Source: the human T2T-CHM13v2.0 reference genome, Homo sapiens
Assembly: GCF_009914755.1 (NCBI RefSeq)
Contig: NC_060934.1
Length of the DNA stretch: 64,000 nucleotides
Strand: one strand, 5' to 3'
The notes beneath the pieces were generated by a model. The model was not told the origin of the DNA, did no database searches, and saw only the letters and a list, made by a program, of their open reading frames with translations. The translations under genes were made by a program, and so were the position numbers. This document shows positions 1 to 15,650 of the stretch, piece after piece (the stretch's first letter is position 1; each line of letters opens with the position of its first letter).

Positions 1-474
1 ATATCCTAGACTGGATGAGCAAGTGTTCTGAGAGAACAAACTGCAGCAGCTAGACACAAAAAGTTCATTCCTTGGATCCCACATCTAGAAGTCTTAGGTG
101 TGCAGTGATCTCTCTGGAAACTAAGCCTGGTTCCTGCTGTAGTTTATTTTCTGCTGATTCCTGAAACACCAATGTGGTTCTACTTCATAGCCTTGGGTGG
201 CAAATTCTAGCTGCCTTTTTGGGATAGTCTCTATAACTGTGGACACTGATTCTGTGACAAGTTAAGGTTGAATTGATAACCTAGAGTAGAAAGAAGGTTA
301 CATTCAGTGTCATCTACAAAACAGAAATGTTGCAATTTCCTTCTCTTTTAGAAAGGGACATTTCTCTAAAGAGCTATGTAACTGACCATTCCCATTTTGC
401 ATCTTAGGACCTCCAATATTCCCACCACTGTGCAAATTCAGTGGTGAGTCTCAGCAGATTTCACAAGTTCCTAC

Positions 475-573
475 CTGGACCAAGCTATATCCTGTGCGCT
501 GGACCAGTGCGCGGAGGGCTGCTTCCTTCTGAGTGCCGCTCAATCCATCCCCGGATTTGTGATTTGATTCCAT
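475..573 (-). CDS. A1CF: A1CF first coding segment, codons 1-33 (MESNHKSGDGLSGTQKEAALRALVQRTGYSLVQ), phase-0 donor
   Basis: Manual translation matches the A1CF N-terminus; in-frame TGA TAA just upstream of the ATG; donor CAG|GTAGGA at 475/474. Confidence 0.97.
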
Positions 574-618
574 TGAGAGTGATTATCAGCAAAAAATCAG
601 GTTAATTAGGGTTGCTCA
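475..618 (-). other. A1CF: A1CF first coding exon (144 nt: 45 nt 5'UTR + 99 nt CDS)
   Basis: Acceptor ...TTAAATTTGGTTTCAG|TGAG at 619/618; donor CAG|GTAG. Confidence 0.95.
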
Positions 619-1834
619 CTGAAACCAAATTTAAGATAAATTAAGTAAATTACTGTTGTCAAGTCCAAACTTCTCCTTTTCATGAAGGACATCTTTAGGA
701 AATATTCTCTGTAAATGCGTCATTAAAGTTAGAGCAACTAAGAGTTACATACAAACAAGGCTGTGTAAATGTGCTCTTAAAAAAAAACTTTTAAAAATGC
801 ACAATATTGGTTGAAATTTAGAAACAAAAAAAAATGAACAATACCCATTCTCCAATTATAATGCAGATTAGTAATTCTGAATCCACTTATCTCAGGATGT
901 CACCAAATACTCAAAAACAGATCAGCTCACATCTATTAAAAGAATATGAAGAATGTTCCTTACAGACGTGAGAAGAGGACACTGTCGCTCATTCTAACCA
1001 CTAAGATAAGAAATCAGAATTCTCAGAGATTGAGTTTTAGTCTGTGTGTCAGCTAAGATAGTTATCTACTTATTCTCCAAAGATAAATTTTTAGAGCAAA
1101 ATATGCCAGTATCACATACACAGAAGTCATCATGCAAAGTACTCTATGTAATAAAAATGTGACATTAATTTTAACAAAACAAGAACAATGGATGCTTTTG
1201 ACTTGACGTGGGAAGGGTTTGCTAACACCCAGATCACATACCACAGACATGTTCAGTAGAGTACATGAAAACTTTTGTAAATTTTAAAAAATGATGAAAG
1301 TTTACATATGTTCACGTTTGTGTGTACAGATATAAATATATAATTTCAGCATTTCATTGTCTACATTTTCTATTTTGGGAACATGATTTGAATCACATTC
1401 CAAATATGATGGTTGCTCACATCCACAAGTTCCCAGAACAAGATAATGTCCATTTTGAAGGTTCTAGGCTGTAGGAGTGTGAGGCCCTGGAAGTTCCCAC
1501 ATACACAGAGGTGAAGGCTGCCACACTGGGTTCTAGTTATTAGTGGCTCAGGGAAGGTTCTTTGCTGGGTTTTCACCCTGCTTAATGTGCTCTGCCAACC
1601 AGGACAGAGGAATATGTTTTACAATGATCTGAATCAAATGCAACTAGAATGTATTTGAATATAGGTACTTTTGAAAATTTTCTGTCATATGCGTTGAGAA
1701 TTCCTGTACTGCTTCACATTGTCCTTTAAAGACTCAGAATGAAGACACCATTAATAATATAAGAAACTGGGTGAAAATTTGGGTGAAAGAAAAAAGTGAA
1801 GCTGAAGTGATCGTTTCTGAAAAATGCAGCTTTA

Positions 1835-3076
<1,242 letters not shown>

Positions 3077-3521
3077 TTAGGGACAGAACAATGTCATCCT
3101 CTTTATATAAACATGGATATTCTTGCCTTCACCTTTCTGATGGTTCTTGCCTGCTGCTGACTCAGGGCAATTCAGTTTGCATTCACTGATTGTTTGAAGA
3201 AGCATATAGTTAATGCTCTCTGTTTGCTATTTCTACCCTCTGTCCAGCTTTAGGGCATTGCATTTTAGGGGGAATCTGCTAACTTAGTAAGTTAACATGC
3301 CAGCTTCAGTGTCTGTACTTTGCAAAAGGCAAAACATTTTGAAGACTTACAAAGGAAACTAGTCTTTCAGATAAAAATTAACTCTTGCTTTTTTCCCAAA
3401 TGCTACCAAAATTGTCTTTTCGTGAGGATACTCTCAAACCCTCTCACTGTGCTTAATTAAATTGCAAGAGCAGGGAGGCTGTGGATGGGGTCTGATGGGA
3501 TTATTTACGTATGTGTTACAC

Positions 3522-3614
3522 CTCTTTGAAGGCAAAGTCTACAGTCTTCTGGCCAAGTTGTAGATTTGTTCTTCGCTGAACTTCATCTTTTCCATCAAAA
3601 AGATAACAGTCATG
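3522..3614 (-). other. A1CF: A1CF alternative 5'UTR cassette exon (93 nt)
   Basis: Acceptor CTTGTCATTTCAG|CATG at 3615/3614 and weak donor GAG|GTGTAA at 3522/3521; size and position agree with my recollection of an extra UTR exon in some A1CF transcript variants. Confidence 0.72.
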
Positions 3615-4289
3615 CTGAAATGACAAGTTTATATTTGCAAAATCTGCCTTTAGTTTTGGTTAATAATTAGTAAAGGTTATTAAAGGTATCTTGAAATCAG
3701 AAAGGTCTTTTGATCACATATAAATGCACTCTGAAGTTATTGAGAAAATCTGTATAATATCTCAATTATAGTGTCAAGTCATTGGGAATCAGGGCATGGA
3801 AATAAAATTCAAAATTTGTCATGAGAAACACTTAATCTTTAATTTTTATTTTGCAAAAACAACCCCCTCTCAAAGTGTTGACCTAGTCTAAGGAGTGAAC
3901 TCGAATCCCAGATAAATATTTCTTTTAAGCAAGTCAAACTTTTATTAAAAAGCTTGGCCAAATTGAAATAAAGCCTTTGCAATACATCTTCTAATTTAGC
4001 ACCTTGTAAGTTCTTCAGATCAGAATTATGAAAGAATAGTTCTTAAAGTATCTTATTGAAGCAATAGAATTTAAAACAAATAGAGCAGGCATTAAGACTT
4101 TGGAAAGATAGAGAAAAGCTTTCATGAGTATTTATCACCTATTAATTCAGAAATTATTTATTGAGTATCTACTGTCTTCTAAGAATTTTCAAGACATAGG
4201 GATGTAGATGAGAAAAAATAAAACCAAACCTCTCATCCCCCAAAATATCATGGAGTTTTACAGGGGATGAGAGAGGTAATAAATAAGAT

Positions 4290-4645
4290 CAATAAGTAGA
4301 ATACAAAAAGTGGATCTCATGGAGGTTAAAAGTAGAAAGGTGGTTACTAGAGGCTGAGAAAGGTAGTGGGGAGAAGGAGATGAATAGAAGTTGGTTAAGG
4401 GGTACAAAATACAGTGAGACAGAAGTTCTACTATTTGATAGTATAGTAGGGAAATTATAGTTAACAATAATTATATATTTTAAAATAACTAGAAGATTTA
4501 TAATGTTCCAAACATAAAGAGAAAATAAATGTTTGATGTGATATTCCAATTACTCTGATTTGATCATTACACATTGTATAGAGGTATCACAATATCACAT
4601 ATACCCTCAGAATATGTACAACTAATATATGCCAATACACAGTAA
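4290..4645 (+). mobile_element. Old L1 (L1MA-type) 3' end fragment
   Basis: GTGGTTACTAGAGGCTG...TGATTTGATCATTACACATTGTATA...AATATGTACAAC, typical L1MA 3'UTR. Confidence 0.8.
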
Positions 4646-4665
4646 GTAAAATATAGTATACTTAC

Positions 4666-4713
4666 ATAATTTTTGTAGAGAAAATCCACAGGTTTTTGGC
4701 ACAGCACTGTTAT
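4666..4713 (-). other. A1CF: A1CF non-coding exon 2 (48 nt)
   Basis: Pyrimidine-rich acceptor ...CCCATCCTCAACTAG|ATAAC, strong donor TAT|GTAAGT; sequence matches recalled A1CF 5'UTR. Confidence 0.93.
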
Positions 4714-5237
4714 CTAGTTGAGGATGGGTGAGAGCAGAAAGGGTCAAAAAAGATGGAGATTGGATGGAGGGGAAGGCTACGGTTAGTATTACAGGAAAGA
4801 ATCATATATTCACATACTGTCTCTAAGCATCAATTTCCTCATTTGTGAATTGGGGTGATGAGCAGGCTGTGCAACATATTGTTGTGAAGATGAAATGAGA
4901 AAACACCTGTGAAGCATTGCCCTAGGTTTGCTAATATCTCATATTGGAGGAGAGAAGCAGAGTAGAGGAACAGCAAAAGGACTCCAGAAAGGGCCTGATG
5001 AAATGTCAACTCCTCCTTGTATAATTTCCTCCCCTTTCCCTTCCCTTCTCCTTTATATCCCTTCTAACAATGGGATGAGCAAAGGACACAAAGTATTGAA
5101 AGCCAGGGCTTCCTCTAGTTCTTACAGCTTCCATTAACTGGCGATCAGAGTCTTCTTGTCCTCTCAGACACTGTGTTTTTTATTAGCAATGGAACACTTG
5201 GTTTAAATGTATCCTCACCACCAAACCTGCTATGTAA

Positions 5238-5609
<372 letters not shown>

Positions 5610-5643
5610 TGAGCCTGTTTCTTTACATATAAAATTACGATGG

Positions 5644-5960
5644 GGCCGGGTGCAGTGGCTCATCCCTGTAATTCCAGCAATTTGGGAGGCCCAGGAGTTC
5701 CAGACCAGCCTGGGTAACATGGCAAAAGCTCATTTCAACAAAAAATACAAAAATTTAGCCAGGTGTAGTGTCATGCATCTGTAGTCATGCTACCTGGGAG
5801 GTGGATCACCTGAGCCTGGGAGGTTGAGCTTACAGTGAGCTGCGATTAGGCCACTGCACTCCAGCCTGGGTGACAGAATGAGACCCTGTCTCAAAGGTAC
5901 TCCTACTACTACTGCTGCTGCTGCTGCTATTACTACTACTACTACTACTACTAAAATAAA
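5644..5960 (+). mobile_element. AluJ-like element with internal deletions, tail converted to (CTA)n/(CTG)n; probably inserted in a MIR
   Basis: GGCCGGGTGCAGTGGCTC...GAGACCCTGTCTCAAA then CTA/CTG microsatellite. Confidence 0.88.
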
Positions 5961-7529
5961 TACAATTAGGATGATGATAATTCCATCATAGGGTTCTTTG
6001 AGGATTCAATATTAATATTGGGAGCTAAATAATGAATATGCCTTTAAAATACTTAAAATGGTTTCTGGAATTTAATAACCATCCAATAAATATTAGCTAT
6101 TATATCATTTTAATTATTATAATTATCAATCTCTAACTCCAAGAGGCAGAATTTCAAAACCAACTGTGTGAAGGATAAAGTCCCAGGTTCTTAGCATGAC
6201 ACATTGTCCCTTCAGGACTAGACCCTAGACTCCCCTTCCAGTGTCATTCACATGCCCTGCCACTTGGCCTTCCCATGCTTTCTTACACTTCCAGTTTCTC
6301 TGCTTGGAATCTCTTTTCCTTCCCATGCCTCCTAACTTTGCCACATTGGCCTTACTGATCCTTCTAGACTTGATTAACATCTTCTTTGCTCTGTGATGCT
6401 TTCTTTCTTTGACAACCTCTGTAGGTAACCTTCAAGTGTCAGCTCCTCAGTCCTCTCAAAAAAACCTGTACATCCTTGTATTGTTTCGCACATGACTGTA
6501 TTTATTGGCTTACATGTCTAACTTTTTCACTAAACTGTGAGCTTTCTGAGCACAGGGACTATCTTGTACCTCATCTTTGTTTGCCCAGAAGGCTCAGCTT
6601 GACATTATGCTAAGTGCTTAATTGATACTTTTAGAAGAAATGCAAAACTTTGGATCAGCAATTTTATAAATTACAGAGACTTGCAGTCAATCAGAATTAA
6701 ATTTAATCTGAATTGAAAGTCCTAATACTTATTATTTCTCTTTTTCCAGTTCCTTCCTGAAATTTCCATCCTGGAATGAATTTGTTTTATATAAGAAATT
6801 GATTTTTGTTGTTTCTCTGCATTTATGAATATGTCATCATACTTGTGAGAGAGACAAGAAAAGTAAAAAAATTCAGAGTGCAGAGTGATTAAAATATAAA
6901 GTTGATATTTGTATACACTTTTCTATCTCTTTCTGGTTTTATATTTGCAACATCAGTGCCTATTTGACCAAGAAAACAAAGATCTAGAAATTCTTGGGGG
7001 TTCAAGACTTCTGCCTTCTTGAGAGGCAGAGAGGGATTGGAATGAATAGCTCACCTCGTCACTTGGCTGCAGCTGCTCAATGGAAATTGCCATAGTTCAC
7101 TATTGGGCAAAGTTAGAGCTGCAGTTCCCGACCCTGTTGGCCTCAGGTGCCAGTGGGTCCAGTTTCAGGGAAGTTGGCAGGGAAACAGATGAGAAGGAAG
7201 TTGGAAGAGAGACACAGGCAGTGTAGTACATTCTGACTTTTCTAAATCTAGACCTGTTAGCTGGATAGTATGTCCTGCTCTTTGATTATAACCCTGAGCT
7301 AGAAAGAGGAAACACATTTATCTTGTACCTAAAAGCTGATCCCACATGAAGAACCAAGTCATGGAAAGAAAACTAAGCGAGGATTTTAAGTGAGATTTGT
7401 TATCTAGATTTGCCTGAAGTTATGAGAATGGTAGAAGGTCTTACTGCCCTAGCAGACCATAAGTTGGCAGCTAGGGAAACAGACAAAGAGGGAAAATGAG
7501 TAATATATGTATATAAGTTTTTAAAAGAA

Positions 7530-7648
7530 AATAGAGATGGGGCTAGCTATGTTGCCCAGGTTGGTCTCGAACTCCTGGGCTCAAGCAGTCTTCCCATCTC
7601 GGCCTCCTAGACTGCTGGGATTACAGGCGTGATCCAACATGCCTGGCC
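7530..7648 (-). mobile_element. Alu monomer (FLAM_C / AluJ left arm)
   Basis: TAGAGATGGGG...GAACTCCTGGGCTCAAGCAGTC...ATGCCTGGCC. Confidence 0.85.
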
Positions 7649-7774
7649 TGTTTTTTTTTTTTTCTTAATGTCTTTCAAATGGTAAATTGGGGAAGATACA
7701 AGACAAAGGTAAGAGGAGTACATACTAGAAAAACACATTTAACGAGTCATGAAAGCATAGCTTGGCAAAAACAG

Positions 7775-8322
7775 AACTAGAAATCGTAGTTGGGCACTAC
7801 TGGGTATCTATCCAAAGGAAAAGAAATCAATATATCAAAAACATACCTGCACTCATATGTTTATAGCAGCAATATTCATAATGGCAAAGATATGGAATCA
7901 ACCTAAGTATCCATCAACAATTGGATAAAGAAAATTTTATATAATATTATATATGTATAGTAGAATTTTATTCAGCCATGAAAAAGAATGAAATTCTTTT
8001 ATTTTATTTTATATTTTGCAGCAACCTGGTTGGAACTGGAGGCTATTTTCTTAAGTGAAACAAGTCAGACACAGAAAAACAAATCTGTTCTCATTCATAA
8101 ATGGGAGCTACATAATGTGTACACATGGAGGTAGAGAGTGAAATGATAGACAATGGAGATTTGGAAGGGTAATGAAGTGAAAAGGTGGTGGATGATGAGG
8201 GATTCCTTAATGGTTACAATGTACATTATTTGGATGATGGATACCCTAAAAGTCTTGACCACTCTGCAATCTAGGCATATAACAAAATTACACTTGCACC
8301 CTATAAGTTTATACAAACAAAA
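7775..8322 (+). mobile_element. L1 (L1MA/L1PB-type) 3' end
   Basis: CTACTGGGTATCTATCCAAAGGAAAAGAAATC...ATGGAATCAACCTAAG...TGGGAGCTA. Confidence 0.88.
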
Positions 8323-9517
8323 GAAATGGTCATTGTGAATGACAGGCAGAGAGGAACAGAAAGGAGACAAAAGATAAAGACAGAATTAAAGTTAGAAGAT
8401 TTCTTGGTTAAAAATTAAAGTAATTATCCTCGACTTTAACAAAAGGATCAGCAAATATTAATTTAATATCTGCAACGTGGTAGACAATTTAGAGTTAGGA
8501 AATGAAGGCATTCTGTTAATAGTATGTTTACTATCTTGATTTGATTTTTCGGAAGAAATTGGATAAGGAAACTGAATGGGGACAAAGACTATTTCTGACT
8601 TGGTAAGCAGAGAAGTGTTCTTTCATAATTGAATGAGAAGCCACTGGGGCCCGTACAGTGAGGTGCTCCACGTGCATTTCAAATCCATGATGGCTTCACT
8701 TGCCTCTGGGACCTCTCCAAACTGAACCTAGTCTTTCCTCAATGTTTAGTTGTGCCTTGACATTACATGATGTAGGCTGGACATAACTTTTATGTAACAT
8801 GCAAGTTGTACAAGTGGTTTTAGCACGAATTTCAGCCCTTGAGTATCTCCTGGGAATTTTACGTGAAAGAAATTCTAGATAGTACTGAAATGGTTGGTGA
8901 AGGATTTATGACTGAAGTCTATATATTTGCCTGATGATGCTAAGTAAATATTGCTTTGCATTGCTTGATACAAAGCTCTAATATCCACCTTGGAAAAATA
9001 TTTACAATTGATCTTAAGTCTATTTTGGAAATTAATTCTTGTGGTAGCATGCACTTTGGTCATGGATCATGAGCCATAGCAAAATTAATAGAGAATATGT
9101 ATACATAAAATTTCAAAATATAGCCATGAAGACATCACAAAAAGTCCCAATGTGCAACATCTTAGTTTTTTAAAACAATACTAGAAAAAAAACTAACCAG
9201 AACCTCCTCTATGTTTTTCAGGCATTAGCAAAAAATCATATATTAATTTGGAACTTGTCAATTTAAGCCAAGACAAGGCTTAAATTAAAGAAAGAAAAGA
9301 AATGTAAAAGTTGTTCATAGTGGACATGTTAATTTTACTTGTAAGTATTGACAAAAATTTTCCTCTGTAGTAGGTTTCCACATTTTTAAAGAAGAACAAG
9401 CTTACACTGAAATTTCAGTTCTGTTCTTGAATTAACTGTAGCAAACTTACACAGGGACAGAACTGAAATGTAAATGTAAGCATCTTTAAAATTGTGGAAC
9501 CTGCTGCAGAGGAGGAT

Positions 9518-9788
9518 AACAGAAAACCAAATACCATATGTTCTCACATATAAGTGGGAGCTAAATGATGGGAACACATGGACACATAGAGGGGGACAAC
9601 ACACACTGGCACCTTTCAGAGGATGCAGGGTGGGAGGAAGGAGAGGAACAGGAAAAATAACTAGTGGGTACTAGGCTTAACACCTGGGTGATGAAATAAT
9701 CTGCACAACAAACCCCCATGACACAAGTTCACCTGTGTAATAAATCTGCACTTGTATCCCTGAACTTAAAAAAAAAAGTTAAAAAAAA
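9518..9788 (+). mobile_element. L1PA (older primate) 3' end
   Basis: AACAGAAAACCAAATACC...TAAGTGGGAGCTAAATGATG...CCCCATGACACAAGTT...GAACTTAAAA A-tail. Confidence 0.9.
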
Positions 9789-10649
9789 TTTAGTTCTGCC
9801 ACCATGATTTTAACTTTTCTGAGGTCTAGTTTTCTAGTCTAAAAAAGGATAAGAATACTGATACCTAACTTGAAGGTTCTTTTAAGCATGGAATAAATAA
9901 GGTAATGAATGTGAGAGCGCCTAACATAGTACCTGGCATATAGAAGGTGCTGTAGAAATATTCTATTCTTATTCTTTATTTGCTGCTTTGTTTAACTCAT
10001 CTTAGCCATGACCTGTGATTTTCTCATTGGTTATTCTCCTCCTGTTTCTCCAATGCAGAGAAAAATTCAATTTCGAATGCATTATCTTGAGCTCTTTTAT
10101 ATTGCCTTACTAATGGATCCAGTTATTTCATTTATCTTTGTTTTTGCTACCTAGTAGAAAAGTTGTTAAGGTCCTAAGACTGTTCATGTTTGTCACCTCT
10201 CATAGAATATATTAGTATTGTTATGAAAGGTAGGCACAACTGAAATATCTAATGATAAAGAAATATTTGAATAAGCAGTGATACAGTACAGCTAATCAAA
10301 TCAATGTTCTAGAAGAATATATAATAATTTAGACAGATACTTGTGAAATATAATAAAGTAGAAAAGGCAGGTTACAAAACAGAATGTATGGTCTGATTTC
10401 ATTTGTATTAATTTTTATATTCAAATATGCTTTGATTACACAAGGCTAATTTGTTATCTCTGGGTGAGTGGATTAACAAATTATTTTTGTTTTCTTCATT
10501 CTTGCTTATTTGACTATTTTTAGCTTCCTATGATATATAGCTCTTGCTCATAATATAAAATATAAAAGTTAAAATTATGTTAATAAATGGATGTTAATGA
10601 AAATATCATACTTTTCATGAAGATGTGGTCAAGTTTCTATTCTTGTTTT

Positions 10650-12870
10650 TCTTTTTTAATTAATACATAATAGATTTAACATATTTTGAGGGTACATGTG
10701 ATAATTTAATCCATTTATATAATTTGTAAAGCTTAAAGAAGTATAATTGGGATATCTATCACTTTAAACATTTGTCTCTTCTTTATGCTAAAAACATTAA
10801 AATCATTTTCTCTAGCTATTTTGAAATGTACACTAGATTTTTGTAAACGATAGTCTGTTTATTATTAATTACAAGACAATAAACACTGAAAATAAGCATT
10901 CAACTAAAGAAGCTAGGAAAAGAATGAAATGGACAAAAAGAAATTGGAAGGAATCAAAGATAAAAGTAGAATTAATAAAACAAATTTGTAGACTTGATAA
11001 ATGTATGTAACAGCTGAGTGTAGTAGTAAATTAGCATTCAGCTGGCAATCCTGACAAGGTAAAAAGGAGAAAATAAATTTTCAAAACAAGAGAAAAATTG
11101 GATATAACCAAAGATTCATAGACTTTTAAAAAAGAGAATACTTTTACCAATAATTTGAAAAATATACATGTAGTGGACAAAACCTTAGAAAAGTGTGAAT
11201 TTTTAATCTCAAGGATAAGTTAAAAATTTGAATAAACTAGTAATCATAATCTATATTGAAAACATTCAATGTTTTCCTCCCAAATAACACCAGATCCAGA
11301 TGGTTTTATTAGGCAAGTTTTATAAATCTCTTTAAAAGCAAATTATTCCTTTGCCATGTAAAGCCTTTTGAAGAGTAGAAAATAATAGAAAACTTCTGAA
11401 ATTATCTACAAACTCATCATATCTGATAGAGAAAAATATACTACAAAGTAGAACACTAGACCAGTATCATAGGAGTATAGATATGAACTACATATGAAAA
11501 AGCATCCAAAATAATAATATACAATGAACAAGATGGGATCACTACAAAAATATAAAGTTTATTAAACATTAGGGATTATCGAAGTTTAATTCATTTCACT
11601 GATAAAAAGAAAACACGTGATCATCACAGTAAATCTAAAAATGGCACTTAATGAAAGTTAATACCCAGTATTGGTTTAAAAAAAATCTTCATAAGTGAAC
11701 AATAGAACAAAACATCCTTAAATTGATAAAGAGCATCTCTCAGAAACATGAAACAAACATTATACTTAGTAATGAAACACCACAATCATTTATTCTCATT
11801 AAAAACAAGTAAATCAACTATATAATATGATTGAAACTAATGAAAGATTACTACAAGGAAAATTATAAAATAAATGTTCTGTATTTAATAGAAATAACAA
11901 GTGAAGTATAATAAGGTCTAAACAATAGAATAAAAACATAAAAGTTGAATAAACTTAACGAGAAAAGTTTAAAACCTATATAAAAAAATGATAAAATTTG
12001 ACTGAAAGATCTAAAGGCCTTAGTAAATGGAAGTTTTGCTGATGTAAAAATATCAGTTTTTCCCAAATTATTACTTTAATGCAATTCTAATTTAAAGTCC
12101 AATGAAATTATTCTGAAATTTGACAAATTGATTTCATAGTTCACCGGGCAGGAACAATGTGCAATAAATGCCACAACATATATTGAAAGTGTATAATGAT
12201 TTGGAACAGCCCTAATTAACAGTTTAGATTAAAACAAGCATAGAAATAGAGAACCAGATTAATGGAGTAAAATAAAAACTCTGGACCCATAGTTTTGTTT
12301 ATACTGGAATTCACCAATAGGTGCTATTTCAAATTCATAGGGGGATCATAAACAATTTGAGAAAAAAAATAAAGTGGGCATATCACCTCATAACATGCCA
12401 GCATTCTAAATGGAATAAAGAAATAACCTTTAAAAACATTGTGTAACTTCCAGAAGTAAATATAGTAGAGTGTTTTTATAATCTCATGGTACAGAAGGTC
12501 TTCTAAACCAAGCATATTAAGAACCATAAATGAAAAGACTAGCAGATTTGACTACAAAAATATTACAAACTTCTGTAATGGCAAAATAAATGAAGTTAAA
12601 AAGAGTCTACAGACTGGAAGAGAATAATTGTTATTTATATAATAGATAGAGAAATATTATCTGTAATATACAGATTACTTTTAAATAATAGACACATATC
12701 AGTGGACAAATGAGCAAAGGAAATGAACTGTCAATTTAAAGAAATCAAAATAGCTTATAAACATGATTTAAAAATGGTAATCTTTAGTGATCAGGAAAAG
12801 GCAAATTAAAACAAAAAACCAAGATAACATTTTTTTGCCTATTATGTGGCAATATGTAAAAATATTTTAA
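10650..12870. mobile_element. Ancient L1M fragments (short minus-strand L1MA 3' end ~10650-10860, then degraded plus-strand ORF2-like region)
   Basis: A-rich degraded L1 ORF2-like sequence (CCAGATGGTTTTA, ATTCTGAAATTTGACAAATTGATT, CAAATTAAAAC). Confidence 0.65.
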
Positions 12871-13517
12871 ATAAGGATAATAAACATAGCTAACATTTAC
12901 TGAACACATATGCTATGTTCTGAAAATTTTAAACATAATTCATTTAATCCTCATAAAAGCTCAGTGATGTAGCTATTATTATTCCTATGATATGGGTAAT
13001 AAATCAAGGTAGAGAGAGGCTAAAGTGCCCAAGGTTACACTGGTAATGAGTGGCAGACAGATGATTTGAATTTAGGTAGCCTGGAGGCTGAGATTGTGTT
13101 CCTAATTACTAATTTTACTTCTTTCCAGTTTCCTCATCTTAAAAAAAAATAGGCAGGGGGTGTGGAAATTATATCTACCCTGCCTGCCTTAAAGTGTTGC
13201 TGTGAAGAACACAGGACACCATAATGAACCAATGAGGGGGATGCTGTGGTCCCCATTCTCTTCCATAGGGACACATGGTCTGGAGCATCTGAAGCACTAT
13301 GGTAACTTAGCCTCTTTGCCGGAATGAAAGTGAGCTATTGTAATAGCTCCTTCGAGGAGTGGTGTGGGTGGATTGTCTGATGCTTCACTCGGACACATCA
13401 AGGATTGATCCCCTGTGGATATGGTCCAAATGGACCCAGCTGTCTGCTATGCAGAGTCATATCTCATTGAAATGTTACTCCTTGGCAAGTGTGGCGCCTT
13501 CATGGTTTACCAAATGA

Positions 13518-13932
<415 letters not shown>

Positions 13933-15504
13933 TAGTTCTTCTGGATTGTAGATAGCAAGAGAAGAAGAAATTATCTATAGACCAAATATCTCATGAGGTT
14001 GCAATGGAGGTAATCAAAGCCCCAAGTGCTTCTCAAGACAGCTAACACAACTATGTGTAGTTGTGTTACACACAGCTACACACAGGGAATGAGTAAGGTC
14101 TTCTCACTCTCCATCCTCAAATGACCATATAATTCATTTTTCCTTTTTCTCTTTTTCTGTTTTATTCTTTAATTTTTTGTTCCCTTTCCTGCTCTTTTGG
14201 TGACACCCATGGCTAAAGAAGTTTCTGAATCCATCTGACATGTATATTGAACTTTTAAGGCAAGATATTAAATGTTGTAGAGGAGTAATGCTGATACAAC
14301 TTTCTAAATAAATTGTTATTTTTGCAAGGATGCGTAGGGCTAGCTGATGTTTGATTACTGTTTGTTGAAGTTTAAAATCTATATACCATCCTATATGGAA
14401 TCATTCTAAGTCCTAAGTAGAGTAAATTAAAATAGCAAAACCTAAGACACTGGAAAAATTGCACTGTAATGAAAATATCTATAGAGAAAAGAAAAACTAT
14501 ATCAGAGAAAAAATACCATAGGAACCACTGTCTTAGAGTTTATCAGAGAAAAAGAACAAGCAGGTATAAAATGAACAAATGATTATTTTATTATAATTTT
14601 AATATGTGTTTGTGTATATATGTATATATCTGTGTATATGCACATATGTACACACACCGGCATTAAATCAGGGCATTAAAACATGCAAGGGGTAGAGGAG
14701 GCATATTTTCTCAATTTTTAAAAAACTACATCAAATCAGAAATCAGATACAGGCTCATTAAAGGAAAAATGTTACCTTAACTCTTAGGAAAGTTAAGCAT
14801 ATTCATCTGGCCCACAGATCATCAGATCATCATTTTTGCAAAACAATCCTGGCATCTAGAAATCTTTTTTGTTTTGTTTGAGGAAAAAGTAATTTCAAAT
14901 AGTTGGAACAATTTACTTTCATATAAAAATCTGTTTAAAATTGTATAATTTATGATCCAATAGAAACACATCTTCCTTTTTAGCATATTCTCATAAAGTG
15001 GATTTTATAAAGGTACATTTTATCTGTTTCGAAAGACATTTCTCCATTTGTTAAAAATGCCCTTTAAATATCAATGAGAAGCACTTTAAATCCCTAGGAT
15101 TTAACTTGAACTATAAATGACACAAGGAAATACCAGAAGAGGAAGCATTCACCTATGCACCTGTGCACATCTTGTTGCAATAGTACGAGATTTAACTGCA
15201 AACGTTCTTAAATTTTAGCAAATAATATTCGCTCCATTAAATCTCTCCTTCCTCTTTTTTATCCCATGCCCCCAAAACTTCACTGTAATCTGCTCCAACA
15301 GAGGTTGTGTCCAGTTTGAGTAAATCCCTTAACTGTTACTTGCAATAACTTCCTTTAAAGCCTTATTCTTAAAATATTGTGCCACTATTAAAACATACTC
15401 CCAATCGGCATTAAAAGATCACTTAAGAACCGCCGTAGCAGAGCCAGGTGCCAATAGCCATGACATACAGAAGCTGTGCACAAAAACCAGACTCCCTGCC
15501 TGGA

Positions 15505-15650
15505 CTCATGGTAGAATCACCTGTGCTTAGGCATCATCTTACCCTCCCGGAAGGATTCTGATTCAGCTGGTTTGGAATGGGGCCCAGGAAATGACAGATT
15601 TTAAAGCTTCTCAGGTGATAACAATATGCAGTTGCATCTAGAACAGCTGA
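15505..15650. mobile_element. MER5-like DNA transposon relic
   Basis: TAGAATCACCTG...GATTCTGATTCAGCTGGTTTGG...CTCAGGTGAT. Confidence 0.6.
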
